Below, in pieces: positions 18,082 to 29,131 of a stretch of DNA of 64,000 bases. A program made the translations under genes and the position numbers. Where the stretch lies: positions 12,939 to 76,938 of the forward strand of contig JAVCCW010000029.1 in NCBI GenBank assembly GCA_030765235.1. The letters are read 5' to 3'. Position 1 is the stretch's first letter; each line of letters starts with the position of its first letter. Under the pieces are notes generated by a model. It saw only the letters and a program-made list of their open reading frames with translations, did no database searches and was not told the DNA's origin. The DNA is from Candidatus Gorgyraea atricola (GTDB lineage: Bacteria; Omnitrophota; Gorgyraeia; Gorgyraeales; Gorgyraeaceae).

Positions 18082-20564
18082 TGAAACTTTTCTTGATCTT
18101 AATCCTGGCATTCGCACCTATAGCAAGAGGAGCGGCTCGTGTATGGGCATTTGCGCCTATACAGATCTTTACGCTCGCTGTGCTTTTATATTCTATATTC
18201 AAGATGAGTGTAAATAGAGAGATCAGGATAAAAAGGACTCCCTTAGATATCCCTATAGTATTATTCTTATTTGTTTTTATAGTATCATGTTTTAATTCCA
18301 GCTATGCCTATGCCTCAATAATGGAATTTACGAAACTATTTACCCTGGCCTCTATCTTTTACCTGACAATTAATTTTGTAAAGACAAAAGAGGATATAAA
18401 GAAAGTATTAAACGCGGTTTTGATCGTAGCGACAGCCATTGCCTTATTTGGCATATTACAGTATATAGGCGCAGTAGACAGGTCCTGGTGGGCCAAGGAA
18501 AACTTTTTATCAGCCACCTATGTAAATCATAACCATTTTGCCGGGCTGTTGGAACTGACCATACCCCTTTCAATAGGCATGTTTTTATCGGAAAGGACAT
18601 TAGGCAAAAAGTCTTTATACGTATACTCGACCCTGATCCTTTGCGTCGCGTTTTTACTTTCTATGTCAAGGGGAGGGTGGCTGTCTTTATCGATCTCTAT
18701 GCTTTTTATGATCATGTGTATTTCAATAAGCGGAAGATTACGGCTTACGAAAAAAACAGGCATCGCTATTTTATTGCTAATGATAGGTGTCGGCGTATTT
18801 GCGTTAAAGGCAGCTGGTAAGGATGCTTTAGTGGGCAGGGTATCCAGCTATAGATACTTGGATTTTTCAGGAAGGCTTGACATATGGAAGGCTTCCTTAA
18901 GCATGATAAAAGATAACTGGTTCTTAGGGACAGGGCCAGGCACATTTATATATAGTTTCCCGAAATACAGGCTGGCAGGCATGAACATGCTTGTCAATTA
19001 CGCGCACAATGACTATCTTCATGTCTTATCTGAACTGGGTGTATTCGCTTTAGGCATTATGGTCTTCACCATCTTTACCATAGTCAAAAAGGCTATAAGG
19101 ACATACAGAGTGGCTAATTCATCTTTTAAGATGTGGATCTCTCTTGCCCTTGCTACAGGCATCTTAAGCATTGCCATACACGGTATCGGAGATTTTAATT
19201 TTTATATGCCGGCAAATGCTATTTTATTTACTGTGTTTTCCGCATTTATCTTTAATCTATCTTCCAGGAAGGAGAAGAAGATCGAGCCCCTGGTCATAAA
19301 ACACGGCCCTGTTTTTAAACCTCTTGTATTGACAGCAGTTATTGCCTTGATCATTTTTATAACTAGCTCTCTTGCGGCAGATGTGTGCCGGTTGAGCTCT
19401 CAAAAGGCGCTATCCAACAATGAATTGAATAAGGCAGAATACATGATGTTTTTGGCAACCAGGATATGCCCTTTAAATTACAAATATCATTATGAGCTCG
19501 CCAAGATCTACGATAAGAAAACTGATGTAAAAAGATCAGCGCAGTCCTACGAACGCTCCATAGCCTTAAATCCCCTGGACGCGTGGTCGTGGATGGGCCT
19601 TGCTGATAATTATTACAGGCGCAATATTGGCCTGGCAGATTCGGCGTACAGAAAGGCCGTGGAATTAGACCCGTTAAATTCATATTATCTTAAGAAATTT
19701 GGCAAGTTTTTGGTAGAGACAGGCGATTCAGGGCTTTCAAGCAGTATATATAAAAAGGCATCTTACGCGGAGTCTAAGTCTGAGACGCTTTCGATTCTGC
19801 CAACAGACTTTGCAGATGGAGAGACTTATCAGGAAAAGGCGGCCCTTTCATTTTCCGCGCAGAATATAAACAAGGCCCTTGTATTTTATGAGATGGCAGA
19901 GAATCTTCTTGAAGAGACTGACAAGGCAAAGCTGGGCCAGGTAAAGTGTTACCTGAAGATGTCTTTGTTAGGTGAGGCACTTAATAGATTTAGAGAGATA
20001 CAGCCTTCTATATCAGCCAAGAGCACATTGTTTGCCTGCATGGGAGATTATTATTTAAGAAAGGGATCCATTGATACAGCAAATAGGTTTTTAGAAAAAT
20101 CAATAACATTAGATCCTGAAAACCCGGAACCCTACCAGGTACGTTATAAGATTTCAAAGGCAAAGGAAGATAGCTCCAAGATATTGAGTTTTAACAGTCT
20201 TCTTACCTCAACAGAGCTGGGTGAAGATGGCCTTGAGATAACATTCGAACTCAAAAAACAATTTGCCTCTGAGGGAAGATTGAGTGTAGATCTCATCCTG
20301 CCAGCAGGCATATATGAATTTAATGTCAAGGCAAGGGGCAAAGATGCGCTGGATATCTGGCCTCACATGGAGGTGTGGTTTAATAATAAAAAATCACTGG
20401 ATACTCATGTGACAAATATATATTGGAATTTCTATCCAGGGATCGTAGTGGTGGATTACCCGGTGAACAGGATGGATATAATATTCGATAATGATTATTA
20501 TGACGAAAATACGCTGGAAGATCGTAATCTCTGCGTACACAGCATAAGTTTAAAAGCCCTTTAA
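18078..20564 (+). CDS. O-antigen ligase/polymerase-family membrane protein with TPRs and a C-terminal CBM60-like module
   Basis: About 12 TM segments, ATYVNHNHFAG, SMSRGGW, GTGPGTF, YAHNDYL; TPR-like helices; FDNDYYD...EDRNLCVHSI. Confidence 0.75.
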   Translation: MMKLFLILILAFAPIARGAARVWAFAPIQIFTLAVLLYSIFKMSVNREIRIKRTPLDIPIVLFLFVFIVSCFNSSYAYASIMEFTKLFTLASIFYLTINFVKTKEDIKKVLNAVLIVATAIALFGILQYIGAVDRSWWAKENFLSATYVNHNHFAGLLELTIPLSIGMFLSERTLGKKSLYVYSTLILCVAFLLSMSRGGWLSLSISMLFMIMCISISGRLRLTKKTGIAILLLMIGVGVFALKAAGKDALVGRVSSYRYLDFSGRLDIWKASLSMIKDNWFLGTGPGTFIYSFPKYRLAGMNMLVNYAHNDYLHVLSELGVFALGIMVFTIFTIVKKAIRTYRVANSSFKMWISLALATGILSIAIHGIGDFNFYMPANAILFTVFSAFIFNLSSRKEKKIEPLVIKHGPVFKPLVLTAVIALIIFITSSLAADVCRLSSQKALSNNELNKAEYMMFLATRICPLNYKYHYELAKIYDKKTDVKRSAQSYERSIALNPLDAWSWMGLADNYYRRNIGLADSAYRKAVELDPLNSYYLKKFGKFLVETGDSGLSSSIYKKASYAESKSETLSILPTDFADGETYQEKAALSFSAQNINKALVFYEMAENLLEETDKAKLGQVKCYLKMSLLGEALNRFREIQPSISAKSTLFACMGDYYLRKGSIDTANRFLEKSITLDPENPEPYQVRYKISKAKEDSSKILSFNSLLTSTELGEDGLEITFELKKQFASEGRLSVDLILPAGIYEFNVKARGKDALDIWPHMEVWFNNKKSLDTHVTNIYWNFYPGIVVVDYPVNRMDIIFDNDYYDENTLEDRNLCVHSISLKAL

Positions 20565-20575
20565 TCGGAGTGTTT

Positions 20576-21952
20576 ATGTCTTTAAAACTATTATTTACAC
20601 CAGAAACGATAATTTTATTAGGGGTAGTATTTACAGGGATGATCTTTTTGTTTCTTCTGGTGAATAAGAATTTTGTTATGGGCATATATCTGTGGTTTTT
20701 AATAGACCTGTTTTTAAAATATCAGAAGTTAAATTTCGCGGGCTCTATAATGCCGGCCATATCTATGGAAAGGATATTATTCGCGTTCCTGATAGGGATC
20801 TTCATCATAGAGGTCTTTTCAGGGAAGCTAAAGATTTCCAGGTTTACAGGCATAGAGTATGTGATGCTTCTATTTTGCCTCTTTGCCCTGATCTCGATGT
20901 TTTGGACAGGCTCTCTTATCAGGGCTGGCGGAAAACTGAACATAGGGCAGTTATTGACCGGATATATATTTCCATTTTCCATGTTTTTTATAAGCAAAAA
21001 TGTCTACGATAACGCGAAAAAAAGAGAAGGGTTTATAAAGTTTGTTATGCTGATAGGACTGTATCTGGTATGTACGGCATTTTTAGAGCATTTTCATATA
21101 AACAGACTGATCTGGCCCAGGTATATATTAGATCCTTCCTTTGGGATACATTTTGAAAGGGCAAGAGGGCCATTTGTCCAGGGAGCAGTCAATGGTACAG
21201 TGCTCGGATTTGTGCTCGTAAGCTCGTTCTACTTCCTCCTTCATCGCAATAAGAGGGACTTGTGGAGGACCTGTTCACGGGTTCTATTGATATTGTCTCC
21301 TATCGCTATATTTTTTACATATACCAGGGCTGCGTGGGTAGGCGCTCTGGCAGGTTTTTCACTGATCCTTTTATTTATTCTTAAGCAGGGAAAAAAGATG
21401 TCCACTCTAGTCATAATTATCTTATGCATAGGTATTTTTATAGGACTGGGATTTTTCCTGGACGATAGCGTAGTCTCTCTTTCGTCCGAGAGGGCTTTTG
21501 ACGAGAGCCCTGTTCACGATAGATTAAATCTGTATATAGCCATGATAAATATGTTCAAAGAGCACCCTATTTTAGGCGTAGGCTTTGGTAAATTTACAGA
21601 ATTTTCAAAGAATTATTTTAAGAACGTAGATGGTATACATTTTCAGGCAGTGGGCCTGAGCGGACATGATAGTTTCGCGGGCGTATTAGCGGAGATGGGA
21701 ATTCTGGGTTTTTCGTTAATAGCCTCTGTGTATCTTCTGATCCTGCGCAGCAGCATCAGATTATATAAAAATTTAAAGAAGGACGCAAAGGATACGCAGC
21801 TGGTAATAGTCTTTTGGGCATTTATGATCGTATTTATAGTCAATTCGGTTTTTATAGAGATGAAGTTTTTTGAATTCGTAAGCAGCATGTTTTTTGTATT
21901 TGCAGGTATCATATGCGCATGGGAGAGGAATTATGCAGCAGCGCGAGCTTGA
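20576..21952 (+). CDS. O-antigen ligase / Wzy-family polymerase
   Basis: Multi-TM; RARGPF, FTYTRAAW, HPILGVGFG, GHDSFAGVLAEMG. Confidence 0.8.
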   Translation: MSLKLLFTPETIILLGVVFTGMIFLFLLVNKNFVMGIYLWFLIDLFLKYQKLNFAGSIMPAISMERILFAFLIGIFIIEVFSGKLKISRFTGIEYVMLLFCLFALISMFWTGSLIRAGGKLNIGQLLTGYIFPFSMFFISKNVYDNAKKREGFIKFVMLIGLYLVCTAFLEHFHINRLIWPRYILDPSFGIHFERARGPFVQGAVNGTVLGFVLVSSFYFLLHRNKRDLWRTCSRVLLILSPIAIFFTYTRAAWVGALAGFSLILLFILKQGKKMSTLVIIILCIGIFIGLGFFLDDSVVSLSSERAFDESPVHDRLNLYIAMINMFKEHPILGVGFGKFTEFSKNYFKNVDGIHFQAVGLSGHDSFAGVLAEMGILGFSLIASVYLLILRSSIRLYKNLKKDAKDTQLVIVFWAFMIVFIVNSVFIEMKFFEFVSSMFFVFAGIICAWERNYAAARA

Positions 21953-23426
21953 TAGAAAAAATGTTATAAGGGATACGTCTTTCTTTTCAGGGAGTGTCTA
22001 TATCTCCCAGGCGATGTTTTTTATACGCGGGTTCCTGAACGCGAAGATACTCGGGCCGGAACTTTACGGGGTTTGGTCTTTCTTGAATATAATCCTGCGA
22101 TATAGCGTATTTGCTCATCTCGGCAGTTTTAATGCCATGGCCAGGGAGATCCCTTATGAAAACGGCAAGCGCTCAAATAAAGGCATGGATAGAGTCAGGA
22201 ATGTGGTTTTTACATTCTCACTCTGCACCATCTCCATATTCGCGCTCGGGGTGATAATAGTGGCGATTTTATTGTGGAAGAGACTTCTTCTGTATGAGGC
22301 AGTGGGCCTTATAGTGATAGCCGCCCTTGCTGTTTCAATGGCATTGTATGAATTCTGTCAGACCTCTCTGATAGGAGTAAAAAGGTTTGTGCTGATAAGC
22401 AAGGCGAATGTGCTATTTCCGATCTTAAGCGTGCTTCTTACATTGCTTTTTGTCCCCAGGCTTAAGATATACGGAGTTTATATTGTCGCGCTAGTAATAC
22501 CCATATTGACAGTCACATATCTTTACATGAAGGAAAGCTTTAAGCTGAAGTTATGTTTTGACCTTAAAGAAATATACAGGCTCCTTAAGATAGGATTTCC
22601 AATAATGTCCAGCGGGTTTTTGCAGGGCACTATCACGAATATCGCGGGGATAATGACACTCAGCTTTTTAGGAAAGACGAATATGGGATATTATTCTGTG
22701 GCAGCGCTCGCGACTAATTTTCTGATGTATTTTCCTATGAGCATACACCGCTCTTTTGAACCGCATATCTATCAGCGTTACGGGGAGACGCATGATATAG
22801 GTTCGCTCAAGAAGTATCTCTTTAAGCCGATGCTGGTAATGTCTCTGTTATTTCCAGTGGCGCTCGCGTTTTATTATACAGGCGTGACATTTTTCATACG
22901 ACATTTCCTGTCGAAGTATACTGTGGCTATTTATCCTTTTTCTATCATATTGATAGCGAGGTTTTTTCTCGCGTTTTCTCCAACAGCTGTCGCGATTATA
23001 ACAGTTTTGAACAAGCAGAGGTTTCTCGTACCGGTCTATCTATCGGGTATTGCTATTGCGTTTGTCTCAGGCCTTGTATTTATAAATCAGGGTTTTGGTA
23101 TAGTAGCTGTCGCGCTGGGGCTTTTATTATCATTTTTCTTCGTAGGGACCGTTATATTTATATATTCTATGAAGCAATACATAAAAAGCCCGCTTACATG
23201 CATAGGTTATTTAGTAACTATGTCTATCCCGCTTGTGTATATGATTGGAGTGATATTTTTTAATGAGATCATGATACCTGTTTCTGTGGAGATCCTTCCG
23301 GATATCTTTGTTCTTGTCATGAGGCTCCTGACAGTGGCAGGTTTTTCTATACCTTTAATATATATCGCGCACAGGAAGACAGGGATATTGCATGATGTGG
23401 CAGGGTTTATAAGGAGAAAAAGATGA
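21933..23426 (+). CDS. wzx: Oligosaccharide flippase
   Basis: About 13 TM segments; AKILGPELYG; MGYYSVA; SD GAGG upstream of ATG 21933. Confidence 0.8.
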   Translation: MQQRELDRKNVIRDTSFFSGSVYISQAMFFIRGFLNAKILGPELYGVWSFLNIILRYSVFAHLGSFNAMAREIPYENGKRSNKGMDRVRNVVFTFSLCTISIFALGVIIVAILLWKRLLLYEAVGLIVIAALAVSMALYEFCQTSLIGVKRFVLISKANVLFPILSVLLTLLFVPRLKIYGVYIVALVIPILTVTYLYMKESFKLKLCFDLKEIYRLLKIGFPIMSSGFLQGTITNIAGIMTLSFLGKTNMGYYSVAALATNFLMYFPMSIHRSFEPHIYQRYGETHDIGSLKKYLFKPMLVMSLLFPVALAFYYTGVTFFIRHFLSKYTVAIYPFSIILIARFFLAFSPTAVAIITVLNKQRFLVPVYLSGIAIAFVSGLVFINQGFGIVAVALGLLLSFFFVGTVIFIYSMKQYIKSPLTCIGYLVTMSIPLVYMIGVIFFNEIMIPVSVEILPDIFVLVMRLLTVAGFSIPLIYIAHRKTGILHDVAGFIRRKR

Positions 23427-24568
23427 AGTTAGTAATAATAAGCCCATACCCGCTGGACAATGATACCGATAACATACATGGCGGGGTCGAGGCAGTGGCA
23501 GTTAATCTACTGAAAGGACTTTTAAGGTTTAAAGACCTTGATATACATGTCCTTACTGTAAGTCACGTTATAGACAAGGACAGGGATTTTAAGTCCAATG
23601 GTCTTACCATACACGCTGTAGCCGCAGACAAGAGATTTGGAAATATTACGCTTTACTCAAAAACAAGAAAGAGGATATGCAGAAAGATAAATGATATAAA
23701 ACCTGACCTGATACATTCGCACATGCTTGGATATCATACGTTAGCAGCATTAGAGAGTGGTCATCCAAAGGTAGTTATAAGCACTCATGGCATAACTGAA
23801 GGCAACTGGGGAGTATCCTGCACGCTTATGGATAAGATGAGGCGATATCTTCAGGACTTGATACGCGAGAAATGCTTAAAGAGGGCTAAAAACATTATAG
23901 TAAATAGCCGGTTTTCAGAGGATTTTCTGAAGAGCTATAAGATCAGAAATCTTTACAGATTAAACAATCCGATCTCTGACCCATTTTTTAATATAGACGC
24001 GGATAAGGAAGAAGAAAACAGGATCTTATTCGCGGGGAATATCTCTGAGGCAAAAGGCGTAGGTACGCTTATAGAGGCAGTGAGGATTTTAAAGGGTTCG
24101 TTTAAGGATATAAGGGTCATGGTAGCCGGACCTGTAAGCGACAGTAGTTTTTACGCGAAGTTAGAAGGATTTATCAGGGAAAATAATCTGACCGGAGCTG
24201 TTAATTTTTTAGGCCATCTAAATGAGAATAAGCTGAGGGAGGAGTACGCAAAGGCCTCTATATTTGTTTTTCCTTCACAGCAGGATGTGGCCCCGCTCGC
24301 GCTTTTACAGGCAATGGCCTGCGGCAAGGCCATAGTCAGCACCAGGGTAGGAGGTATACCTTATATCGTGGATGACAGCGTAAACGGATTTTTGGTCAAT
24401 AGCAAAAACCCTAATGCCCTGGCAGACATGGTAGCGGTATTATTAATGGACAAATCTCTACGTAAGGATCTGGGAGATAACGCGAAAAAAAAGATCTCCA
24501 AGGGCCACAGGATAGATTCTGTGGCAGAAGAGCTTTACGCGATATATAGAAGGTTTGAGGATAATTAA
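23423..24568 (+). CDS. Glycosyltransferase family 4
   Basis: GGVE; PDLIHSH; FVFPSQQDVAPLALLQAMACGKAIVSTRVGGI. Confidence 0.9.
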   Translation: MKLVIISPYPLDNDTDNIHGGVEAVAVNLLKGLLRFKDLDIHVLTVSHVIDKDRDFKSNGLTIHAVAADKRFGNITLYSKTRKRICRKINDIKPDLIHSHMLGYHTLAALESGHPKVVISTHGITEGNWGVSCTLMDKMRRYLQDLIREKCLKRAKNIIVNSRFSEDFLKSYKIRNLYRLNNPISDPFFNIDADKEEENRILFAGNISEAKGVGTLIEAVRILKGSFKDIRVMVAGPVSDSSFYAKLEGFIRENNLTGAVNFLGHLNENKLREEYAKASIFVFPSQQDVAPLALLQAMACGKAIVSTRVGGIPYIVDDSVNGFLVNSKNPNALADMVAVLLMDKSLRKDLGDNAKKKISKGHRIDSVAEELYAIYRRFEDN

Positions 24569-24569
24569 T

Positions 24570-25706
24570 ATGTTAAACATAAAGCAAGTTTCTAATCATG
24601 GGGAGTTCGAAGGCTATAAAGGCATGTGGAATGGCTTGCTAGAGAAGAGCAATATAGACAATGTCTTTATGACCTACGAGTGGGTCGATACATATATAAG
24701 GCATTTCTGCGTCTCTCAAAGATTATTGATACTGAATATCTTTGAAGGCGATAGATTAATAGGCATAGCGCCCCTAATGATAAGAAAATATAAATATCTT
24801 GGCTTACCTGTGAGGGCCGTTTCCTTTATAGGCGCAGGCGCGTCAGACAGGATGGATTTTATACTAACAGGCGACAAGGAAAAGGCCATATACCTGGTAT
24901 TAGATCATCTGATGGGAATAAGCTCAGAATGGGATCTCATAGACCTTGAGGAGATAACAGAAAAGAGCGCTACCGTAGAGATCATTGAAAAGTGGCTACA
25001 GGAAAGGAATATCCTGAATTTTTCAGGGCCCCAAAAGAGATCGTTCCTTATACAGTTCGATGGTAATAGAAAGTCTCTTGTGGAAAAATTTTCCGGAAAG
25101 CTCAAAAAAAGACTGACGAAGCTGGACAATAAGAATATACAAGTGAACCTGGACTTTAAAAGATACAGGGTAAGGGCCAGCGAGGTAGAAGCCATCTTTT
25201 CAGATATATGCGATATAGAGGATCGCAGCTGGCAGGGAAAAAAGCAGAAGGGCATCTTTACAAAAAACCCCAGTAGGGATTTTCACAAGGAGATATTTGA
25301 TAGATTTTCAAGAAATGGACAGTTGGATATCTCGGTCCTGATGTTAGAAAAAAAGCCAATAGCTTATATCTATAATTATCTGTATGGCGGGCGTTCCTAT
25401 AATTACAATGTCGCTTTTGATAACGCGCATAAAAACCTTTCTGCCGGGACCATGCTTATGTTCTGGATGCTGAAGGATTCTGCTGTAGGCGATATTTCAG
25501 AGTTTGATTTTATGAGGGGCGAAGAACCATGGAAGAAGAGATTGACAAGTTCTTTTAAACTCCACAATCGCGTGAGGATCTTTAAAGGCAGTTTTTATTC
25601 CAGGAGCCTGTATGTACTACAGTCAAAGATCATGCCTTATTTTAGAAAGAAAAACGCGCTTCGCAAAATATGGATAACTATCAAGGAGAAACTGGGATGG
25701 TATTGA
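24570..25706 (+). CDS. GNAT-family acyltransferase (CelD/BcsL-like)
   Basis: FMTYEW; LIGIAPL; SAGTMLM; FDFMRGEEPWKKRL. Confidence 0.8.
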   Translation: MLNIKQVSNHGEFEGYKGMWNGLLEKSNIDNVFMTYEWVDTYIRHFCVSQRLLILNIFEGDRLIGIAPLMIRKYKYLGLPVRAVSFIGAGASDRMDFILTGDKEKAIYLVLDHLMGISSEWDLIDLEEITEKSATVEIIEKWLQERNILNFSGPQKRSFLIQFDGNRKSLVEKFSGKLKKRLTKLDNKNIQVNLDFKRYRVRASEVEAIFSDICDIEDRSWQGKKQKGIFTKNPSRDFHKEIFDRFSRNGQLDISVLMLEKKPIAYIYNYLYGGRSYNYNVAFDNAHKNLSAGTMLMFWMLKDSAVGDISEFDFMRGEEPWKKRLTSSFKLHNRVRIFKGSFYSRSLYVLQSKIMPYFRKKNALRKIWITIKEKLGWY

Positions 25707-26668
25707 GAAGATCTTTTAAAGACATGGCAAAAGATTTATATTGTCGGCTGGGAATACCAGGGTCTTTATTGCGCCTGGCAGGTCTTTCAAGGCGGCCAAG
25801 ACTTTTTATATTTACATATCACAGGGTATGCGATGCCTCAGGGAGCGCCTCATATCTTGCAGTGCCAAGCAGTGTATTTGAAAGTCATATGAGATTTATA
25901 AAGAATAATTTTAAAATAGTATCTCTCTTGGAAGGTGTAGAGATCTTATCTAAGGATACATCAGGCGGTATGTACGCTGCCATAACCTTTGACGATGGTT
26001 ATATGGATAATTATCTTAACGCATTTCCCATACTGAAGAAACATAACGTACCTGCCACTATATTTCTTACAACAGATTTTATTGGCAAGGATAGTCTTTT
26101 CTGGTGGGACAGGATTTTTAATGTAGTGTCACAATTTCAATTGAATGGCAAGACAAGAGAAGAGATGGCAGATGACATAAATAGCACTCTATTAAGAAAA
26201 AAAGAGTCTGAGATAGAATCCCTTGTCAGTGGCTTAGAGGCAAGGCACCTTAATAATAAAGATATAAGACCCTGCGCCATGCTTGGCTGGGATGAGGCCA
26301 GAGAGATGCGCGATAATGGGCTTATAGATTTCGGATCACATACAAAGACACATCAAAATCTCTGCCTGCTTAATGACACTGAGGCGTTAGAGGAACTAAG
26401 AGGTTCCAAAAAGAAGATAGAACAGGAGTTGGACATAGAGGTCAATGTATTCTGCTATCCCTACGGGTTGTTTGATAAAAGGGTCAAGGATCTTATCTCT
26501 CAGGCTGGTTTTAAATGCGCCAGGAGCGCGTCGCAGGGATCCAATAGCAGAGAAACAGACAGGTTCTCATTGAACTATATCGGCGTAGGATCTCTTTTAA
26601 GGACAGATTTTCTCGCGGCACGAGTTTCGTCAAATTTATTTAAGACCAGAAATGGAGTCACAGCGTGA
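25697..26668 (+). CDS. Polysaccharide deacetylase (NodB-like)
   Basis: FTYHRV; ITFDDGYMDNY; FGSHTKTH; FCYPYG. Confidence 0.9.
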   Translation: MVLRRSFKDMAKDLYCRLGIPGSLLRLAGLSRRPRLFIFTYHRVCDASGSASYLAVPSSVFESHMRFIKNNFKIVSLLEGVEILSKDTSGGMYAAITFDDGYMDNYLNAFPILKKHNVPATIFLTTDFIGKDSLFWWDRIFNVVSQFQLNGKTREEMADDINSTLLRKKESEIESLVSGLEARHLNNKDIRPCAMLGWDEAREMRDNGLIDFGSHTKTHQNLCLLNDTEALEELRGSKKKIEQELDIEVNVFCYPYGLFDKRVKDLISQAGFKCARSASQGSNSRETDRFSLNYIGVGSLLRTDFLAARVSSNLFKTRNGVTA

Positions 26669-28050
26669 ATATCTTTACTACTCGATTTTACATAAATAGC
26701 CCGTTATGGATGCAGGAGTGTATGGTTTCTCTGCGCGGCCTGAAGTTTAAATTACTCAGGGAAGGCAGGATGTTCCAGAGGCTGGTCTCTGAACTGGAAA
26801 AGAGCCAGTACTATTCAGAAGAGGAGCTCAGGAACCTGCAGAATGAAAAGTTCAGGATCATCATAAAGCATTCGTATGAAAATGTGCCATATTACAGGAG
26901 GCTCTTTAAGAAGCTGAATCTAAAGCCGGAGGATTTTAAGGATATCTCCGATATCTCTAAGCTCCCGATGATCAGTAAGCCTGATGTAAGAGTGAATCCA
27001 GATGATTTTCTGGCAAAAAACATAAATAGGCTCTTTACAAGGACTGTTTTTAGCAGCGGGACAACAGGCTCACCCTTAAAGATATTTAGAGATATGTACT
27101 TGATCAATTTTGAAAATGCCATACTCACCAGGCAATACAGGTGGGCAGGGTTTAATCCCGGGGATAAAAAGGTGATCATACGCTCCAGCCCAATAGTGCC
27201 TTCGCGTGTAAAGAGGCCGCCTTTCTGGAGGCACGATGTCTTTCAGAATAGTTTATGCGCCTCATCATACCATCTTTCAAAAGAGAATGTAGATTCTTAC
27301 GCAAGGGAGATCTCCAGATATAGCTCAGATGTCCTGGAGACAGTGCCATCACAGGGTTATATATTTGCCAAGCTCGCTTTTCTTAAAGGCATAGACCTGA
27401 ATTTTAAGAGTATATTTACCTCTTCAGAGGTCATGATGCCAGAGAAGAAATTATTTATAGAAAAACAATTGAAAGGCAAGGTTTTTGATCATTACGGGAC
27501 AGCTGAACGCGTTTCTGCTATAGGTACATGCGAAAGAGGGACTTATCATGTGTATCCTGAGTATGCGATAACAGAGTTTTTGCCTGTTCCCGGCAAAAAA
27601 GGCCAATTCGAGATCGTAGGAAGTACTTTAAATAGTTTTGCTATGCCGCTTTTTAGATACAAAACAGGGGATATTGTGACCCTGTCTTCTAAAGTATGTT
27701 CCTGCGGAAGAAATTTCCCGATCGTTGAATCAATAGAGGGCAGAAACACAGACCAGTTTTTCATAACAAAGGACGGCCGCATGATATCGCTTTTTTGCTC
27801 GATCTTTTCAGCAGATCTAAAGGATGTCATCGAGGCGCAATTTATTCAGGAAGACATGAATATGCTTAAGGTAAAACTGGTAGCTGGTGACAAATATGAC
27901 TCGTCAGACGAGGAGCTAATAAAGACTAATATAAAAAACTATCTCGGAGAAGATGTAACAGTAGACATAGAGAAGGTCGATTTTGTACCAAGGACAAACA
28001 CAGGCAAGTTCAAACAGTTTATTTCAAAACTAAAAGAAAAGGAGCTCTAA
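26665..28050 (+). CDS. Phenylacetate-CoA ligase-like adenylate-forming enzyme (CapK family)
   Basis: YENVPYYR; SSGTTGSP; DHYGTAE; MPLFRYKTGD; IEGR; TGKFK. Confidence 0.88.
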   Translation: MNIFTTRFYINSPLWMQECMVSLRGLKFKLLREGRMFQRLVSELEKSQYYSEEELRNLQNEKFRIIIKHSYENVPYYRRLFKKLNLKPEDFKDISDISKLPMISKPDVRVNPDDFLAKNINRLFTRTVFSSGTTGSPLKIFRDMYLINFENAILTRQYRWAGFNPGDKKVIIRSSPIVPSRVKRPPFWRHDVFQNSLCASSYHLSKENVDSYAREISRYSSDVLETVPSQGYIFAKLAFLKGIDLNFKSIFTSSEVMMPEKKLFIEKQLKGKVFDHYGTAERVSAIGTCERGTYHVYPEYAITEFLPVPGKKGQFEIVGSTLNSFAMPLFRYKTGDIVTLSSKVCSCGRNFPIVESIEGRNTDQFFITKDGRMISLFCSIFSADLKDVIEAQFIQEDMNMLKVKLVAGDKYDSSDEELIKTNIKNYLGEDVTVDIEKVDFVPRTNTGKFKQFISKLKEKEL

Positions 28051-28051
28051 G

Positions 28052-29131
28052 ATGAAAAAACTAAATTCTGATCATGAGGCAATGCTGTACAAGAAACTAT
28101 CAGATGATAGGGTCCAGTGCAGTTTATGCCCGAGAAGGTGCGTGATAGCTGAAGGCGAGAGAGGATTCTGTAAAGTAAGAGAGAATAAAAAGGGCACGCT
28201 TTACGCTATCAGCTATGGCAAGGCAGTGCATATAGCGGAAGAGCTCATGGAGACTGAGGCAGTGTTTCATTTTGAACCTGGAAGCCGCATACTCTCTCTT
28301 GGAAATGTAGGCTGTAATCTTTCTTGCCTGTATTGTCAGAACTGGAGATTTTCTCAGATAGAACATCTGGATGAAAACGTCATATTTGACTATACGCCTG
28401 AGCAGGTCGTTAAGACCGCGCTGGAAAAGGGCATAAAGGTGCTTTCATGGACCTATAACGATCCTGTTATATGGTTTGAATTTGTCATGGATACAGCCAG
28501 GCTTGCTAAGAAACACGGCATTATTAACCTCTTTAAGTCAGCCATGTTTATAAACCCAGAGGCCCTAGAGCAGTTGATGGATGTGATAGATATCTTTAGC
28601 ATCTCTGTAAAGAGCCTGAACTCTGAATTTTACAAAGAGTTTACCGGGGGCTGGATAGATCCAGTGCTTAAGGCTGTTAAGCAGGTTTTCGATGCAGGCA
28701 GGCATCACATAGAGATAAGCAATCTCGTAGTCACTGGCGCAAATGACAGTGAAAAGGATTATTTACAATTTATTAATTGGGTAAAGAAGGATCTTTCCGC
28801 GGATATCCCGATTCATTTTGTGCGTTTTCATCCGAATTATAAATATACACACGTTGCCCGCCCTTCCATAGATACCCTTGAGAAGGCAGAGAGATTAGCA
28901 AAGGCCTCTGGCATAAAACACTGCTATCTCGGCAATGTATTTATGCACGAAGGCGCGAATACATACTGTAGTCATTGCAGCAATCTGCTGGTTGAAAGAA
29001 GGGGCTTAAACGCAGATGCGGTTGGCTTAAAGGCCTCTAACAGCGGCTATATATGCAGTAAATGTAAGTCGAGTACACCGATAAAGATGATAAATATAAA
29101 GGAGGGCACTCATGAAATCACTAAGGCATAA
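28052..29131 (+). CDS. Radical SAM enzyme, AmmeMemoRadiSam / PFL-activase-like
   Basis: VQCSLCPRRC...GFCKVREN; GCNLSCLYCQNW; TYNDP; RFHPNYK; C-terminal CSHC...CSKC. Confidence 0.85.
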   Translation: MKKLNSDHEAMLYKKLSDDRVQCSLCPRRCVIAEGERGFCKVRENKKGTLYAISYGKAVHIAEELMETEAVFHFEPGSRILSLGNVGCNLSCLYCQNWRFSQIEHLDENVIFDYTPEQVVKTALEKGIKVLSWTYNDPVIWFEFVMDTARLAKKHGIINLFKSAMFINPEALEQLMDVIDIFSISVKSLNSEFYKEFTGGWIDPVLKAVKQVFDAGRHHIEISNLVVTGANDSEKDYLQFINWVKKDLSADIPIHFVRFHPNYKYTHVARPSIDTLEKAERLAKASGIKHCYLGNVFMHEGANTYCSHCSNLLVERRGLNADAVGLKASNSGYICSKCKSSTPIKMINIKEGTHEITKA

